The notes: a model not told the origin generated them from the sequence alone. Shown: positions 1-11,390, counted from the first letter of the stretch. The stretch: DNA of 64,000 nucleotides from Nitrosopumilaceae archaeon (GCA_965208905.1 OZ242365.1:448001-512000); one strand, 5' to 3'. Translations and numbers: made by a program.

Positions 1-10
1 CGAGTTATTA

Positions 11-454
11 GTGAGACGGATCCCAGAAGGAACCGTAATTGATCATATTGATGCTGGAAGGGGACTCTTGGTACTAGAAGCTCTGGGCATAGATGGGGCC
101 GATGGTGGACAGGTGACCATAGCGTTGAATGTTCCCAGTGGTAAGTTCAGAAAGAAGGATATAGTCAAGATAGAGAACCGTTTTCTGGAGGAGGATGACA
201 CCAACAAACTGGCGGTCATAGCACCCAAAGCCACAATAAACAAGATTCGAAACTACAAATTGGTCGCAAAGCATCGTGTTGCACTACCAAATGAGATTGA
301 ACGAATATTTCGATGCCCCAACCCAGACTGTATAACCAATAGTACCGAAAAGATAGAGTCTGTGATGGCCGTGCTAGATAAGAGTGGCAACATACTACAG
401 TGCAAATACTGCAAAAGATTCCAAGATGTGGATCATCTAAAGTATAAAAAATAA
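11..454 (+). CDS. pyrI: Aspartate carbamoyltransferase regulatory subunit (true start may lie just upstream of the window)
   Basis: GTVIDHI motif, KKDIVKIE, and C-terminal Zn site CPNPDCIT...CKYC. Confidence 0.95.
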   Translation: MRRIPEGTVIDHIDAGRGLLVLEALGIDGADGGQVTIALNVPSGKFRKKDIVKIENRFLEEDDTNKLAVIAPKATINKIRNYKLVAKHRVALPNEIERIFRCPNPDCITNSTEKIESVMAVLDKSGNILQCKYCKRFQDVDHLKYKK

Positions 455-481
455 GTTTTTAATAAACTAATTTAAAAATGC

Positions 482-787
482 CTACTGCCCGAGTATGATG
501 AACATCATTACGATACCGTATATCGCGATTGATTCTACCATGCCGACAAATATGAACACCTTTGATTGTAATGCTGGATTTTCACTGATTACTGCAAGAC
601 CCGCCGCACCTACTTGACCGAGACCTATACCCGCACCAAACGCTGCTATACCAAATGCCAAACCGGCAGCCAGTATCTTGAACGAGTCAGAGCCACCGGC
701 GGAGCCTTCTTGCGCATAGGCGGTTCCTGCCATACTGACAGTCATTGCTAGTGTTGCTGCCAATAGTGCTAAGACAATGGGTTTCAT
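482..787 (-). CDS. atpK: A-type ATP synthase proteolipid subunit K (c)
   Basis: Signal-like N-terminus, Gly-rich hairpin GAGIGLGQVG, conserved Glu in GMVESIAIYG; lies with the other ATPase genes. Confidence 0.93.
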   Translation of the reverse strand: MKPIVLALLAATLAMTVSMAGTAYAQEGSAGGSDSFKILAAGLAFGIAAFGAGIGLGQVGAAGLAVISENPALQSKVFIFVGMVESIAIYGIVMMFIILGQ

Positions 788-1101
788 GTATGAAATTCGG
801 TCTTGTGACTCTAATTTAAACCATCATGGTTTGTCAACTGTACATGTTTAACTCCCTTCAATACAGATGTGTTAGGTCTTGTCTATACGGGAGGGGGCTC
901 AAAAATGTGGACTGTATGGTGGCAAAACGTATGATCTTTCCATCTGCCGCCAGACTATACGAAACCATCTACAGCCGTGGACACCCTCAATGGGTATGAC
1001 CAAAGAGAATACAGAGAAGCGTATGGCTAGGGCAGGAGCGACCTTTATGGCCTCCACTTTAGATTTACATAGATCACTTTTGGTTTAGCTGTCTGAAGAG
1101 C

Positions 1102-1233
1102 CTAGACCTTTGTGAGCGTATCTTTTTTGAACTTTTCCAAATCTTTTCGTATGGTGGTCACAAAGGCCTCACGTTTCTTGTTTAGTGCATCCTTGGACTC
1201 TTCGAATATTTTGTTTATATCTTCTTTGGCCAT
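1102..1233 (-). CDS. Small charged helical protein (43 aa) directly after atpD
   Basis: Hand-translated MAKEDINKIFEESKDALNKKREAFVTTIRKDLEKFKKDTLTKV; its ATG abuts the atpD stop. Confidence 0.5.
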   Translation of the reverse strand: MAKEDINKIFEESKDALNKKREAFVTTIRKDLEKFKKDTLTKV

Positions 1234-1866
1234 CTACTTTCTCTTCCCCATGGATTCTTTCAGTTTTTTTAACTTTGCGAATTCTTCGCGTTCTCGCTCC
1301 TCAAGTGTTGCTAGTATGAATCGGACCCGCTGCTTATACTGAGGTATTATGATGTTCTCCAAAGCGTTCAACAACTTTTGAGTCTTCTCTAAAGCTTTTG
1401 CCAGACTCAGTATGGTGTTCTCATATTCGGCCGCTTTGCATATCTGTGGTAAGAGAACCTTAATCTGCTTTGATGCCCTATCCACTGAAGAGTTGGTATC
1501 TGCAAAACCATAAGGCATGGACCTTGTGTCCTTCTCGGTCACTTCAAGTACAGGAACTTTGACGTCTACAACCCTTCGCACCTTCACATCCACCTCCATG
1601 ACCGGCGGCGTGGACTCAGCCACAGAGTCGACGGTGCTGGTACCCAGACTTAGATATGCCTCATTTACTGAAGAGTATATGTCTTGAAGCGGGTCCCATA
1701 TTCCTCCCCGGGCCTTTGAGGCCTCCTCGATCATCTCCTCTATATTCTTCAATAACACCTTGCGCTTGTCATCCAAAATCTTTTGGACCATCTCGGCAAC
1801 CTGGCTGGAACGTTTGTACTTTAACAGTTCAATCTTTGTGGCGACAACATTCTGTCCAAATGACAT
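1234..1866 (-). CDS. atpD: A-type ATP synthase subunit D
   Basis: ATKIELL..KR, ILDDKRKVL, KTQKLLNALENIIIP, LEEREREEFAKLK motifs. Confidence 0.93.
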   Translation of the reverse strand: MSFGQNVVATKIELLKYKRSSQVAEMVQKILDDKRKVLLKNIEEMIEEASKARGGIWDPLQDIYSSVNEAYLSLGTSTVDSVAESTPPVMEVDVKVRRVVDVKVPVLEVTEKDTRSMPYGFADTNSSVDRASKQIKVLLPQICKAAEYENTILSLAKALEKTQKLLNALENIIIPQYKQRVRFILATLEEREREEFAKLKKLKESMGKRK

Positions 1867-3258
1867 TTAGTCATCATTTCCCTGATAGAACTTTTCGACG
1901 TATCTGTCTTTCACTTTAGTTAACTCGTTGCGGGGCAGACTCGATACAGTCTTCCACAAGAGGGATAGTGATTCATCAAGGTTTCTATTCTCATCTATAT
2001 CCTGCGTCAGAAACTCCTTTTCAAATATGTCTCCAGTATCCATGTATTTCAGGTCGATATCTGTAAGGCCTGCCTTGCCTACTATGCCTGCCAACGCTCT
2101 CACTTCTTGAGCCCTAGAGTATGCATCATAGTTCTGATTTGATATCTCGCCATGATCTTCGCGGGTACGCCCCTCGCCTATCCCATCCTTCATCAGACGT
2201 GAGAGGCTCATCAGTATGTTGACTGGGGGATATATGCCCTGTCTGAACAAGTCGCGACCTAATACTATCTGACCTTCAGTTATGTATCCAGTTAAATCTG
2301 GTATGGGATGTGTGATATCATCTGAAGGCATAGACAGTATGGGAACCTGAGTAACACTACCGGTCTTTCCCACTAGTTTACCGGCCCGCTCGTATATTGT
2401 AGATAGGTCAGTGTACAGATAACCCGGATATCCCTTACGGCCAGGCACCTCTTCCCGGGCCGCACTTATCTCGCGCAGGGCTTCGGCATAGTTTGTCATA
2501 TCGGTTAGTATTACAAGTACGTGCATGCCAAGCTCAAAGGCCATATACTCGGCAACTGTAAGTGCAACTCGGGGCGTTATGATACGTTCGATGGCAGGAT
2601 CATCGGCTAGATTTAGAAACAGAACACTCCTCTTTAGGGCGCCCGACTCCTCTAATGTGCGCCGAAAGTATTCTGCCTCGCTGTACTGCACACCTATGGC
2701 CGCAAAGACCACGGCAAACTCTTCCTGAGTACCGATTACTGTAGCCTGGCGGGCTATCTGGGCTGCTACTATATTGTGGGACATGCCACTCCCCGAAAAG
2801 ATGGGCAGTTTCTGTCCCCGCACAAGTGTAATCATGCCGTCTATAACCGAGACTCCCGTCTGTATGAAGTCTTTAGGATACTCCCTCTGTTCGGGGTTCA
2901 TGGGTGCACCGTTTATGTCCAAGAATTTATCTGCAATTGGGTCTGGCAGATTATCCTTGGGTCGCCCCAATCCATCAAAGACCCTACCTAGTACCTCTTT
3001 TGAGACGGGCATCTCCATAACCTTTCCTACAAATCTGGTAGATGTATCAGATATGGACAAACCTGTAGTTCCCTCAAATACCTGTACTATGGCCTTACCG
3101 TTGCCGACCTCAAGAACCTTACCTAATCGCCGTTCGTTGTCAGAAGTCTCCACCTCGACTAGTTCATCAAATGCCGCATTCTCAACATCATCAACTATCA
3201 CTAATGGCCCCTTTATCTCGGCTATCTTACTGTACTCAACACCACCAACAGTAGCCAA
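1867..3258 (-). CDS. atpB: A-type ATP synthase subunit B (probable TTG start at 3258)
   Basis: [47 protein letters not shown]. Confidence 0.96.
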   Translation of the reverse strand: MATVGGVEYSKIAEIKGPLVIVDDVENAAFDELVEVETSDNERRLGKVLEVGNGKAIVQVFEGTTGLSISDTSTRFVGKVMEMPVSKEVLGRVFDGLGRPKDNLPDPIADKFLDINGAPMNPEQREYPKDFIQTGVSVIDGMITLVRGQKLPIFSGSGMSHNIVAAQIARQATVIGTQEEFAVVFAAIGVQYSEAEYFRRTLEESGALKRSVLFLNLADDPAIERIITPRVALTVAEYMAFELGMHVLVILTDMTNYAEALREISAAREEVPGRKGYPGYLYTDLSTIYERAGKLVGKTGSVTQVPILSMPSDDITHPIPDLTGYITEGQIVLGRDLFRQGIYPPVNILMSLSRLMKDGIGEGRTREDHGEISNQNYDAYSRAQEVRALAGIVGKAGLTDIDLKYMDTGDIFEKEFLTQDIDENRNLDESLSLLWKTVSSLPRNELTKVKDRYVEKFYQGNDD

Positions 3259-3259
3259 C

Positions 3260-5020
3260 TTATCTTCGCCCTCCCAAATCTTTGAACTGCTTCTGCATTG
3301 TGACACTTAACTCGTCTAGTTTTGCGAGCTCGTCATCTTTTACCTCCATTCTTGCCTTTAGTAGGGCGCCGATTATAGCCATGGTTCGTATATGCACCAA
3401 ATCTGTCCCCTCCTTTATGGCTTTTTGACCATGATTGTAAAAGTCCACCAACAACTTTAGTAGCTTGTACTGCTTTTCAGGACTACAGTATGTATCCACA
3501 TCATCAAAGGAGTTTTGTTGTAGTATACCAATCTTAATCATTCTGGCCACTTCAAGTATTATCTTCTCCTCGTCAGGTAGAGCTTCAGGACCCAAAAGCC
3601 TGACTATCTCTTTTAGTGTATCCTCTCTTTGTAGTACATTATACGCTTCGCGACGGACATTCAACCAATCATTACTGACATTTGAGTCCCACCATTTAGC
3701 TATATCTGCCAGATATCCTGAGTAACTATTCATCCAGTTTATGGAGGGGTAGTGTCGTGAATAGGCCAGTTTGGCATCTAGAGCCCAAAAGGTCTTGATG
3801 AACCGCATGGTATGTGTGGTTACGGGCTCGGTAAAGTCTCCACCTGATGGCGATACTGCACCCACCAAGGTAACCGAACCATCCCGGTCTGGACTGCCTT
3901 CTGCACGAACCCGACCTGCACGCTCATAGAACTCAGCCAGTCTGGATGCCAGATATGATGGATAACCCTCCTCAGCGGGCATCTCCTCTAACCTACCACT
4001 CATCTCCCGGAGGGCTTCTGCCCACCTACTGGTGGAGTCGGCTACCAAAACTACATCCTTACCCATATCTCTATAATACTCAGCTATTGTGACTCCTGTG
4101 TAGATACTTGCTTCCCGGGCCGCCACAGGCATGTTACTTGTATTGGCTACCAGCACGGTGCGGTCCATGAGGGGCTTGTTGGTACGAGGGTCTTTTAGAT
4201 GGGGGAACTCTACCAACACCTCGGTCATCTCGTTACCTCGCTCACCACACCCAATGTATATGACTACTTGTGAGTCGGCCCACTTTGCTATCTGGTGCAG
4301 TGTAACTGTCTTACCTGTACCAAACGCTCCGGGAATGGAGCCGGTACCGCCTTTGGCTATGGGGAAGAACGTATCTATGACTCGCTGGCCAGTGAGAAGA
4401 GGAATTGTAGGGTCGTATCGTGTCTTGTATGGACGCGGGCGACGTACTGGCCACCTGTGATACATCTTTAGTGGTGGCTGCCCATCCATCTTGGCTATCT
4501 CCGTCTCCAAATCATAATCTCCTTCAGAGACAACTTCCACAAGCTCGCCTCCAGCATGATCCGGAGGTACCAGTATGGAGTGTTCTATCAGATCTGTCTC
4601 CTGAACTGTACCCAGTATTGCACCTGGCCCCACAGTATCTCCCTTTTTAGCCAGAGGGATGTAATGGTACTTCTTTGACATGTCTACAGGTGTTGTGACT
4701 ATGCCCCTACCAATGTATGAACCAGACACCTTTGAGAGCTCTTTGAGGGGGCGTTGTATACCATCGTATATCTGCCCTATTATTCCTGGCCCTAGTAGAA
4801 CGCTGAGCGGATTCCCTGTCCCTATTACAGGCTCTCCTGGTTTTAGTCCACTGGTGGACTCGTATACCTGTATGAATGCCACATCGCCGGTGAGCCGTAT
4901 GACCTCACCTATCAGCTTTGCCTCGCCCACAGTTACAGTCTCGTACATCTTTGCAGATGCCATTCCATCAGCCTTTACTGCTGGTCCGCTTACCCATACG
5001 ATTCTACCTTCTGCTACCAT
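3260..5020 (-). CDS. atpA: A-type ATP synthase catalytic subunit A
   Basis: Walker [34 protein letters not shown]; no intein. Confidence 0.97.
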   Translation of the reverse strand: MVAEGRIVWVSGPAVKADGMASAKMYETVTVGEAKLIGEVIRLTGDVAFIQVYESTSGLKPGEPVIGTGNPLSVLLGPGIIGQIYDGIQRPLKELSKVSGSYIGRGIVTTPVDMSKKYHYIPLAKKGDTVGPGAILGTVQETDLIEHSILVPPDHAGGELVEVVSEGDYDLETEIAKMDGQPPLKMYHRWPVRRPRPYKTRYDPTIPLLTGQRVIDTFFPIAKGGTGSIPGAFGTGKTVTLHQIAKWADSQVVIYIGCGERGNEMTEVLVEFPHLKDPRTNKPLMDRTVLVANTSNMPVAAREASIYTGVTIAEYYRDMGKDVVLVADSTSRWAEALREMSGRLEEMPAEEGYPSYLASRLAEFYERAGRVRAEGSPDRDGSVTLVGAVSPSGGDFTEPVTTHTMRFIKTFWALDAKLAYSRHYPSINWMNSYSGYLADIAKWWDSNVSNDWLNVRREAYNVLQREDTLKEIVRLLGPEALPDEEKIILEVARMIKIGILQQNSFDDVDTYCSPEKQYKLLKLLVDFYNHGQKAIKEGTDLVHIRTMAIIGALLKARMEVKDDELAKLDELSVTMQKQFKDLGGRR

Positions 5021-5620
5021 CTAACCACTTACTCCGAATTTAGCTGCAATATCTCTCCTAATTAAAGGCTTTAAACGTGATATTCTGGCGTCCAATGTAT
5101 TATCAAATGTCATGGCGCCATCTCGGGATTTTATTTGTATCCCTCCCAAACAGTCTATACTCTCTGAGGCCATCTCTGCATCTGGAAACTTTTCTAGAAC
5201 GGACTGCACTGTATCGCGCTCAGACTGGTTGGAGTATACGATTACATCTGTTGATCGAAGTACACTCATCGCCTCGCGTAATAGTGTATCTAAAAGACCA
5301 GAATACTCTTTATCTCTGGGCGCCTTTGCTATCTGTTCCAAAACCTCATTAAACACATTATCTACTGCCTCCCCCACAACTAGTAGCTGTTGATTTCGAG
5401 CTTCCAAATCTGAACTACCCACAATCTGCTTCTCTATCTTGTCTGCTTCCTTTTTACCATCTGAGATTATCTTGTCGTATTCTGCGTCCAACTCTGATCG
5501 CATGTCATCCAGCTGTTTCTGTGACTCAGCCAATGTCTCATCCAATGTAGAGACTACCCTCTTCTCGGTTTGAGATAGTATCTTGCTTATGGTCTGTTCT
5601 AGTGCATTTGTACTCAACAA
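5021..5620 (-). CDS. atpE: A-type ATP synthase subunit E
   Basis: N-terminal coiled coil, GGIQIKSRDG..TFDNTLDARI; directly upstream of atpA. Confidence 0.9.
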   Translation of the reverse strand: MLSTNALEQTISKILSQTEKRVVSTLDETLAESQKQLDDMRSELDAEYDKIISDGKKEADKIEKQIVGSSDLEARNQQLLVVGEAVDNVFNEVLEQIAKAPRDKEYSGLLDTLLREAMSVLRSTDVIVYSNQSERDTVQSVLEKFPDAEMASESIDCLGGIQIKSRDGAMTFDNTLDARISRLKPLIRRDIAAKFGVSG

Positions 5621-5943
5621 TTTTCATCATCTGATGAATGGATTTTAATGTTTGGAGTTTTTCTACGGAGGTTACGACAACATAGTTCGGATCATCGCTT
5701 TGAATGTGTGATACGTCCATGATTTTTACTTATTTTTACCGACGACATACATCCTGTGTACAGTGACGATCATTACTTATGAGTTATTGGACATCGAGCA
5801 CCCCATCATGTATAACGTATCTACAAAGACTCGACTACAAAACCGTACAATGATGCTGCGGGTGGAGCGCAAGGCGCCAGAGTTGAGGGTATTTACCTGT
5901 GGGACACGCCTTTAAAATCCAAAGGTATTAAACACGAAAAAGG

Positions 5944-8058
5944 ATGCAAAAAAGTAAATTGACACTGGCTGACTTGAAGATGGGTACCATAGTGCTACCC
6001 CGTAGTGACTCTCCTCGGGCGATCTCGCGTTTGGCTGAATTCAAGTGGTTCCACAAGGTCGACAGCGATGGGGACCTGGTAACACCTGAGATTGATGATC
6101 TACTATTGGAGGCGCAAAAGTTATTCCAGTCCATAGATGATGTGGTCAAGGGACTACAGATACCTCTTAGAGTGGGAATATTAGAGATACTCTTCAAGGG
6201 TACCGCCATTAAACCACAAAATTATGAGTTGGGACAAATCGAAGATATGATACGTGACATCTCAAGTCAGGCTCCTGATACAATAGGTGAGGCGAGCAGA
6301 CTGTTGGCCGAATCTGCCGACACTACTCGTTCACTGGACGAGTACCGCTCACTAAAAGAGACGATGGAGGTGGCCAAAAGACTGAACATGGATATAGCCG
6401 GCTTTGGGCTTTTGAAACATTTCTATATCAATCTATTCATTATAGACTCTTCTGACTATGATGAGATAAGTCGGGCCTTGCCTAATACTGCCATATACAA
6501 GTATGATCTGCAGTCAAAAGAGAAGGCTGCCATTCTAGTAATTGCAGGAGGTGATGACTCAGACAATACATTAAAGATACTTCGAGGGTTCAATGCCTCT
6601 ACATTTGCCATCCCGGAAGGTCTGCCTCAGGTTCCCAGCGAGGCGTACTCGCTTATAGATACAAAGATCAAAGAGCTTACCGCAACTAAATCTTCACTGG
6701 ACAAGAAGGCCGCCCGCCTGCAAAAGAGTCTCCGTCGGGATATACTAATTCTACATGAAAAGGCATACGTAGCTAAAGATATGTTAGAGACTCTCCGCAA
6801 ACCCGGTGGTACAAAAAACTTTGCCGTCATTCAGGGATATATACCCAAAAAGATGGAATCCAAGTTCAAAAAAGTGACCAAAGAGTGGACATCAGTGGTT
6901 GAGGATATAAGCGACCCAAAACACAAAGAGGAAGTGCCCACTCTATTTGACAACAAGCGGTTTGTAAGGACATTTGAGACCATCACAGAGAGTCAAGGGG
7001 TGCCCAAGAAAGGCGAGGCGGATCCAACTATTATGATTGCCATGATGTGGCCTATATTCTATGGTATAATGTTCGCGGATTTGGGACACGGCCTGTTACT
7101 GATGGGAATGGGTCTGCTCTTTAAAGTAAAAGGACAAGGAAATTTGGCCCGCTGGGGAATGCTTATTGCCATCTCGGGTGCCGCTGCTGCAATAGCGGGT
7201 GTGGGCACAGGAGAGATGTTTGGATACCACCTTGATCACATGCAACCCTTTGAGGCATTACTAGAGAAAGGCGGCCCCCTGCATGGTATATCGTGGATAG
7301 TGGGAATACTGAGCGTCGCTGAGCTGACCTTTGAACAAGTTATCGACATACTCAAAGTGTCCCTATTCTTGGGAATCGTACACTTGGTATGGGCCATGCT
7401 TCTTCGCATCAAACGTCACTTACAGGCAGGTCGCAAACTACTTGTATACATGGAGTACATCCCAAACCTCACACTATACGGCGGAATTGTGGTCATAATG
7501 ATGTGCGCAATAGGGTCTCAATATGATGTCATGAATATGTACTCCAGAGTGCATGATGAGCCTGTCCCGTGGGTGACTGTATTTTTAGGAGAGTGGGCTA
7601 CTGTCTGGATTGTCACCAGAATAGCGGTTATAGTGGTTATATCATCCATGGTAATGATGATAATTGGTGGTATACTGCACGCCAAGAGACACCCTGAAGA
7701 GGGTGGTAGTGCCGCCAATGTCATAATGGAGGTATTTTTGGGTAAGACCGTTGAATCCTTGGCGCATACAATAAGCTATGCGCGGTTGGGAATTATGCTT
7801 CTAGTTCATGCTGCACTATTACTTACCGTCAATAATGCCTTTACATCTTTGGGAGGCGCCAACTCTGCAGGTGCATGGGCTATGATCATAGGCGGCAATC
7901 TAGGTATAATGATGATTGAAGGGCTTATTGTATACATACAGTCGCTTCGGCTGCACCTGTACGAGTTCTTTACCAAATGGTATGATGGTGGTGCTGCACC
8001 ATTCCAATCGGTCCAACCCGAGTTGATATACAATAAATTCCGCTGGAAGACATCGTAG
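5944..8058 (+). CDS. atpI: A-type ATP synthase subunit I (a), divergently transcribed
   Basis: FYGIMFADLGHG, HTISYARL, LRLHLYEFFTKWY. Confidence 0.95.
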   Translation: MQKSKLTLADLKMGTIVLPRSDSPRAISRLAEFKWFHKVDSDGDLVTPEIDDLLLEAQKLFQSIDDVVKGLQIPLRVGILEILFKGTAIKPQNYELGQIEDMIRDISSQAPDTIGEASRLLAESADTTRSLDEYRSLKETMEVAKRLNMDIAGFGLLKHFYINLFIIDSSDYDEISRALPNTAIYKYDLQSKEKAAILVIAGGDDSDNTLKILRGFNASTFAIPEGLPQVPSEAYSLIDTKIKELTATKSSLDKKAARLQKSLRRDILILHEKAYVAKDMLETLRKPGGTKNFAVIQGYIPKKMESKFKKVTKEWTSVVEDISDPKHKEEVPTLFDNKRFVRTFETITESQGVPKKGEADPTIMIAMMWPIFYGIMFADLGHGLLLMGMGLLFKVKGQGNLARWGMLIAISGAAAAIAGVGTGEMFGYHLDHMQPFEALLEKGGPLHGISWIVGILSVAELTFEQVIDILKVSLFLGIVHLVWAMLLRIKRHLQAGRKLLVYMEYIPNLTLYGGIVVIMMCAIGSQYDVMNMYSRVHDEPVPWVTVFLGEWATVWIVTRIAVIVVISSMVMMIIGGILHAKRHPEEGGSAANVIMEVFLGKTVESLAHTISYARLGIMLLVHAALLLTVNNAFTSLGGANSAGAWAMIIGGNLGIMMIEGLIVYIQSLRLHLYEFFTKWYDGGAAPFQSVQPELIYNKFRWKTS

Positions 8059-8075
8059 TATCTTTAAAATGGGAA

Positions 8076-9428
8076 TTATATACAAAAGTACACAGTCTCG
8101 GCTGTACACTCATGCCTTTTCTGACGGCTTTTTTGTATACAGTGGAGCATGGCGGGTGTTGGCTTGTAGCCCTCCTTGTGCCCCGGCCGTCTTAGGACGA
8201 CGTTCCCCGCCGCCCGATACAGAATGTTCCAGGCGGCATTGACATCCGCGTGGAACACTCTGGTACAGTTAGTGCAAATGAACTTATCGCGTGATATACG
8301 CGACTCTGAGTCTACGTGACCACACACATGGCACGTCTGGCTCGTATATTTGGCCGATGCCCCCAACAGCGGTATGTTGTGCATCTCACACCACTGCGCA
8401 AGCTTGCGCAGGAACTCCCCAACACGGTTCTCCCGCATTGAACGGTTCATGGCGCATTTGTAATTCCCGCCATGGGTGGTCATATCCTTTACGGAGAGCG
8501 ATTCGACCACGACTGCGTCCATACCATTAGTTATCTGCGCAATCGTCTGATTTATGGTGTTCGCAGCTATGTTGTTGGCCTTCCTGTATAGCCGCTTTAT
8601 TTGGTCATTCAATATATGCCACTTCCGGCCATGCCGTGTCTTGCGGTCGCGCAAACTCTTTAGCGCGTCAATCTCCCGCAGGATTGCTCTATGGCGTGTG
8701 TTGTGTATTGTAACGTTGCCGTCCGTATCTACCGTGACGGCGAGATGCTTGCCGCCCACATCAACACCACGCATTACACCCGTAGTATGGTGCGGCTCGA
8801 CCGGTTCATGTATGGCAATATGCAGCTCAAACATGTGGTCTGATGGTTTGGTATGCTTGTCCACCCGTTTGGTGACATCAACTATCTTGAATGAGCGCAT
8901 GTCCCATGATACATCGATGGGCTTGGCGGTCTCCACCGTACCATATCCGGGGATATGTATGGTGTGCTCACCTTTTCGTACAGGCGGATTTACACTGTAT
9001 AGTATGATGCGGCCGTCTTTGCGGCGGTATGGCGCATGGCCGGAGTTGTCATCCATGACTCTCCTACATGCGACGGATGCATCTTGTATGGCGCCCCTGC
9101 CAAACACCATAGGCAAGTCAGATACCCATGCATGTTCAGCGCGCCACTCCGTAAGCTGCTTGAACATGCCGTACTTTAATGCCATCTTTGACGGCCCAAA
9201 ATCATATGTATGGTAGTCATCGTCCAGCATACCTGATGTAAAATCCAGCTTGCCCGGCAGTTTGAAGGGCTGCAGGATGTCCACTACCACCCTCTCCATA
9301 TATTCGCCACCAAACAAATACTCTGATACGGCGCGGTTGTACACATATCTTGACGCATGATTCGTGCGGTGCACCCACTCTGCAAACAACACAGCCCTCC
9401 GTAGTGGTACCTTAACTATCCGTACCAT
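8076..9428 (-). CDS. tnpB: TnpB RNA-guided endonuclease (450 aa), catalytic triad intact
   Basis: RuvC-I GVDVG, RuvC-II VVESL, Zn ribbon TSQTCHVC...FICTNC, RuvC-III HADVNAAWNI; stop codon lies inside the TIR. Confidence 0.93.
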   Translation of the reverse strand: MVRIVKVPLRRAVLFAEWVHRTNHASRYVYNRAVSEYLFGGEYMERVVVDILQPFKLPGKLDFTSGMLDDDYHTYDFGPSKMALKYGMFKQLTEWRAEHAWVSDLPMVFGRGAIQDASVACRRVMDDNSGHAPYRRKDGRIILYSVNPPVRKGEHTIHIPGYGTVETAKPIDVSWDMRSFKIVDVTKRVDKHTKPSDHMFELHIAIHEPVEPHHTTGVMRGVDVGGKHLAVTVDTDGNVTIHNTRHRAILREIDALKSLRDRKTRHGRKWHILNDQIKRLYRKANNIAANTINQTIAQITNGMDAVVVESLSVKDMTTHGGNYKCAMNRSMRENRVGEFLRKLAQWCEMHNIPLLGASAKYTSQTCHVCGHVDSESRISRDKFICTNCTRVFHADVNAAWNILYRAAGNVVLRRPGHKEGYKPTPAMLHCIQKSRQKRHECTAETVYFCI

Positions 9429-9450
9429 AATATATAATACGGTATGCTGG

Positions 9451-9458
9451 TATTTAAA
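9451..9458 (-). promoter_or_regulatory. TATA box for a probably leaderless tnpB transcript
   Basis: TTTAAATA on the minus strand 23-30 nt upstream of the ATG at 9428. Confidence 0.55.
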
Positions 9459-9845
9459 GGGAGTTGTATGGACGCGATTCGTGGTTCAGGCATTAACTCT
9501 CAGAATCGGGGTTGTGTACTTTTGTATATAATTCCCTTTAAAATCTATAACAAAATTATGTCCACCTTGGTATGTGGCTCATAATACAAAAACCATAAAC
9601 CCAAAGTCCAAGATCAGAGCCTGTCTTAACATGGGAGCAACGAAGCTGAACTTTCGATTCCAAATCTTCTGGACCATCTTGATTTGGTATACGACACTTG
9701 CATCTTTTTGGCATACACTTGATGGCGTGTCTCCAAGCATTTGCACTTACTACCAAGTCTGATGAATGTGTTTGCAATAACCACTATGTTGTCAATGAGC
9801 AGCCATACATTTCTTGATCAAATAAAATATGATAAATGGGAAGTT

Positions 9846-11390
9846 TTATTCGCTGACGTATGCTCGTTCGCCGTGTTGTGCAAGATCCAAGCCGATCTCC
9901 TCTTCTTTTGGTGTTACTCTAATACCACCCGGCCAAACAGCGTCCATCACCTTTAGGATGATGATTGTTAGACCGAAGGCGTAACCAATCGATATGGCTG
10001 CACCAACAATACTTATTGCTTGTGTCTCCATACCCTCAGGAGTGCCTGTCCATGCACCGATTCCGTCACCAGTATCCCAGATGTGCGGACTAGCCAGCGT
10101 ACCGGTCAATATAGCACCGGTCAAACCTCCTATTCCATGCACACCCCAGACATCTAATGCGTCATCCCACTTGCGGGCGTTCTTGAACGCAACTGCAGCA
10201 TAACATACAGTACCAGCTGCGATACCCATTATAATGGCCGCCATTGGTCCCACCCAGCCAGAAGCTGGTGTGATAGTGACTAATCCTGCCACTGCACCGG
10301 TAGCTGCACCGACAATACTCGGTTTACCGGTATGGGCCCAAGACATGAGCACCCATGACACAACGGCCATACCTGTTGCGATGTTGGTAACTACCCAAGC
10401 GCTTACAGTTACACCGTCTACCATTACTTGACTTCCAGCGTTAAAGCCGAACCAGCCAAACCATAGTATGGATGCACCAAGTACAACCAAGGGTATGTTG
10501 TGCGGCTCCATGGGAACTTTACCGTATCCAAGTCTGCGGCCCAACAATAGGGCTCCAGCCAAGGCCGAGAATCCTGAGGATATGTGCACAACTGTACCAC
10601 CTGCAAAGTCAAGTGCTCCAGCCGGCGATAAGTCTGGGTTGAAGTCGAGTTGGGCTATAATGCCGCCTCCCCATACCCAGTGGGCAATAGGGTCGTAGAC
10701 GAAGGTTGCCCATAGCAGAACGAATATTATCAGAGCACTGAATTTGATTCTGTCAATTAAGCCACCGATAATGAGTACCGGAGTAATAATTGCAAAGGTA
10801 CCTTGGAATGCCATGAAGAGTGCATGAGGTATTGTTCCAGGCCAAGCCAGACTGCATGTCTCATCTTCGTGTAACATCTGCATCTGATATGCTGCTGACC
10901 ATGTATCAGTACACGGTCCTGGCTCTCCTAAGGGGGCAAAATGCGATACTTGGTTCAGTCCAGCATAATCAAGACTGCCCATAAACGCATTATCACCAGG
11001 TCCAAATGCCAGTGAATAGCCAAACAGAACCCATTGTACAGATATGATTCCCATCACTATCAAGGTCATACCCAATACGTTGGTAACGTTCTTGGATCTA
11101 GCAAGACCGCCGTAGAAGAAAGCTACACCTGGACTCATAAAGAGTACCAAAGAGGATGCAGTCAACATCCAAGCCGTATCTCCTGTATCTATTCTACATG
11201 GCAACATACTACCGTCTTCTTCGAACCAACACTCGTTGTCGTTTCCAGTGTAAATGCCACTAGTTCCTAACACATAACCATCCATTCCATCGCTCACTTG
11301 TTGCGCAAATGCTTGTGACAATGCGCCAGTGGACGTAATGGTCACTGCGGCCACAAGTAATAAGGCATACTTGTGGTTCTTAACTTTCAT
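9846..11390 (-). CDS. amt: Ammonium transporter (Amt family)
   Basis: DTGDTAWML, DFAGGTVVHISSG, LWFGWFGFNAGS, DDALDVWGVHG, GLDLAQHGERAY. Confidence 0.96.
   Translation of the reverse strand: MKVKNHKYALLLVAAVTITSTGALSQAFAQQVSDGMDGYVLGTSGIYTGNDNECWFEEDGSMLPCRIDTGDTAWMLTASSLVLFMSPGVAFFYGGLARSKNVTNVLGMTLIVMGIISVQWVLFGYSLAFGPGDNAFMGSLDYAGLNQVSHFAPLGEPGPCTDTWSAAYQMQMLHEDETCSLAWPGTIPHALFMAFQGTFAIITPVLIIGGLIDRIKFSALIIFVLLWATFVYDPIAHWVWGGGIIAQLDFNPDLSPAGALDFAGGTVVHISSGFSALAGALLLGRRLGYGKVPMEPHNIPLVVLGASILWFGWFGFNAGSQVMVDGVTVSAWVVTNIATGMAVVSWVLMSWAHTGKPSIVGAATGAVAGLVTITPASGWVGPMAAIIMGIAAGTVCYAAVAFKNARKWDDALDVWGVHGIGGLTGAILTGTLASPHIWDTGDGIGAWTGTPEGMETQAISIVGAAISIGYAFGLTIIILKVMDAVWPGGIRVTPKEEEIGLDLAQHGERAYVSE

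Larger units (their letters stand above)
8071..9536. mobile_element. 1466-bp non-autonomous TIR element carrying tnpB as its only gene
   Basis: Perfect 24-bp TIRs gggaattatatacaaaagtacaca (8071-8094; reverse complement 9513-9536); 8-bp TSD tttaaaat at 8063-8070 and 9537-9544. Confidence 0.92.

Noticed and set aside
8076-9428. Cas12f or type V CRISPR effector
   Set aside because: No CRISPR array or cas genes are nearby; the gene fills a transposon-like unit.
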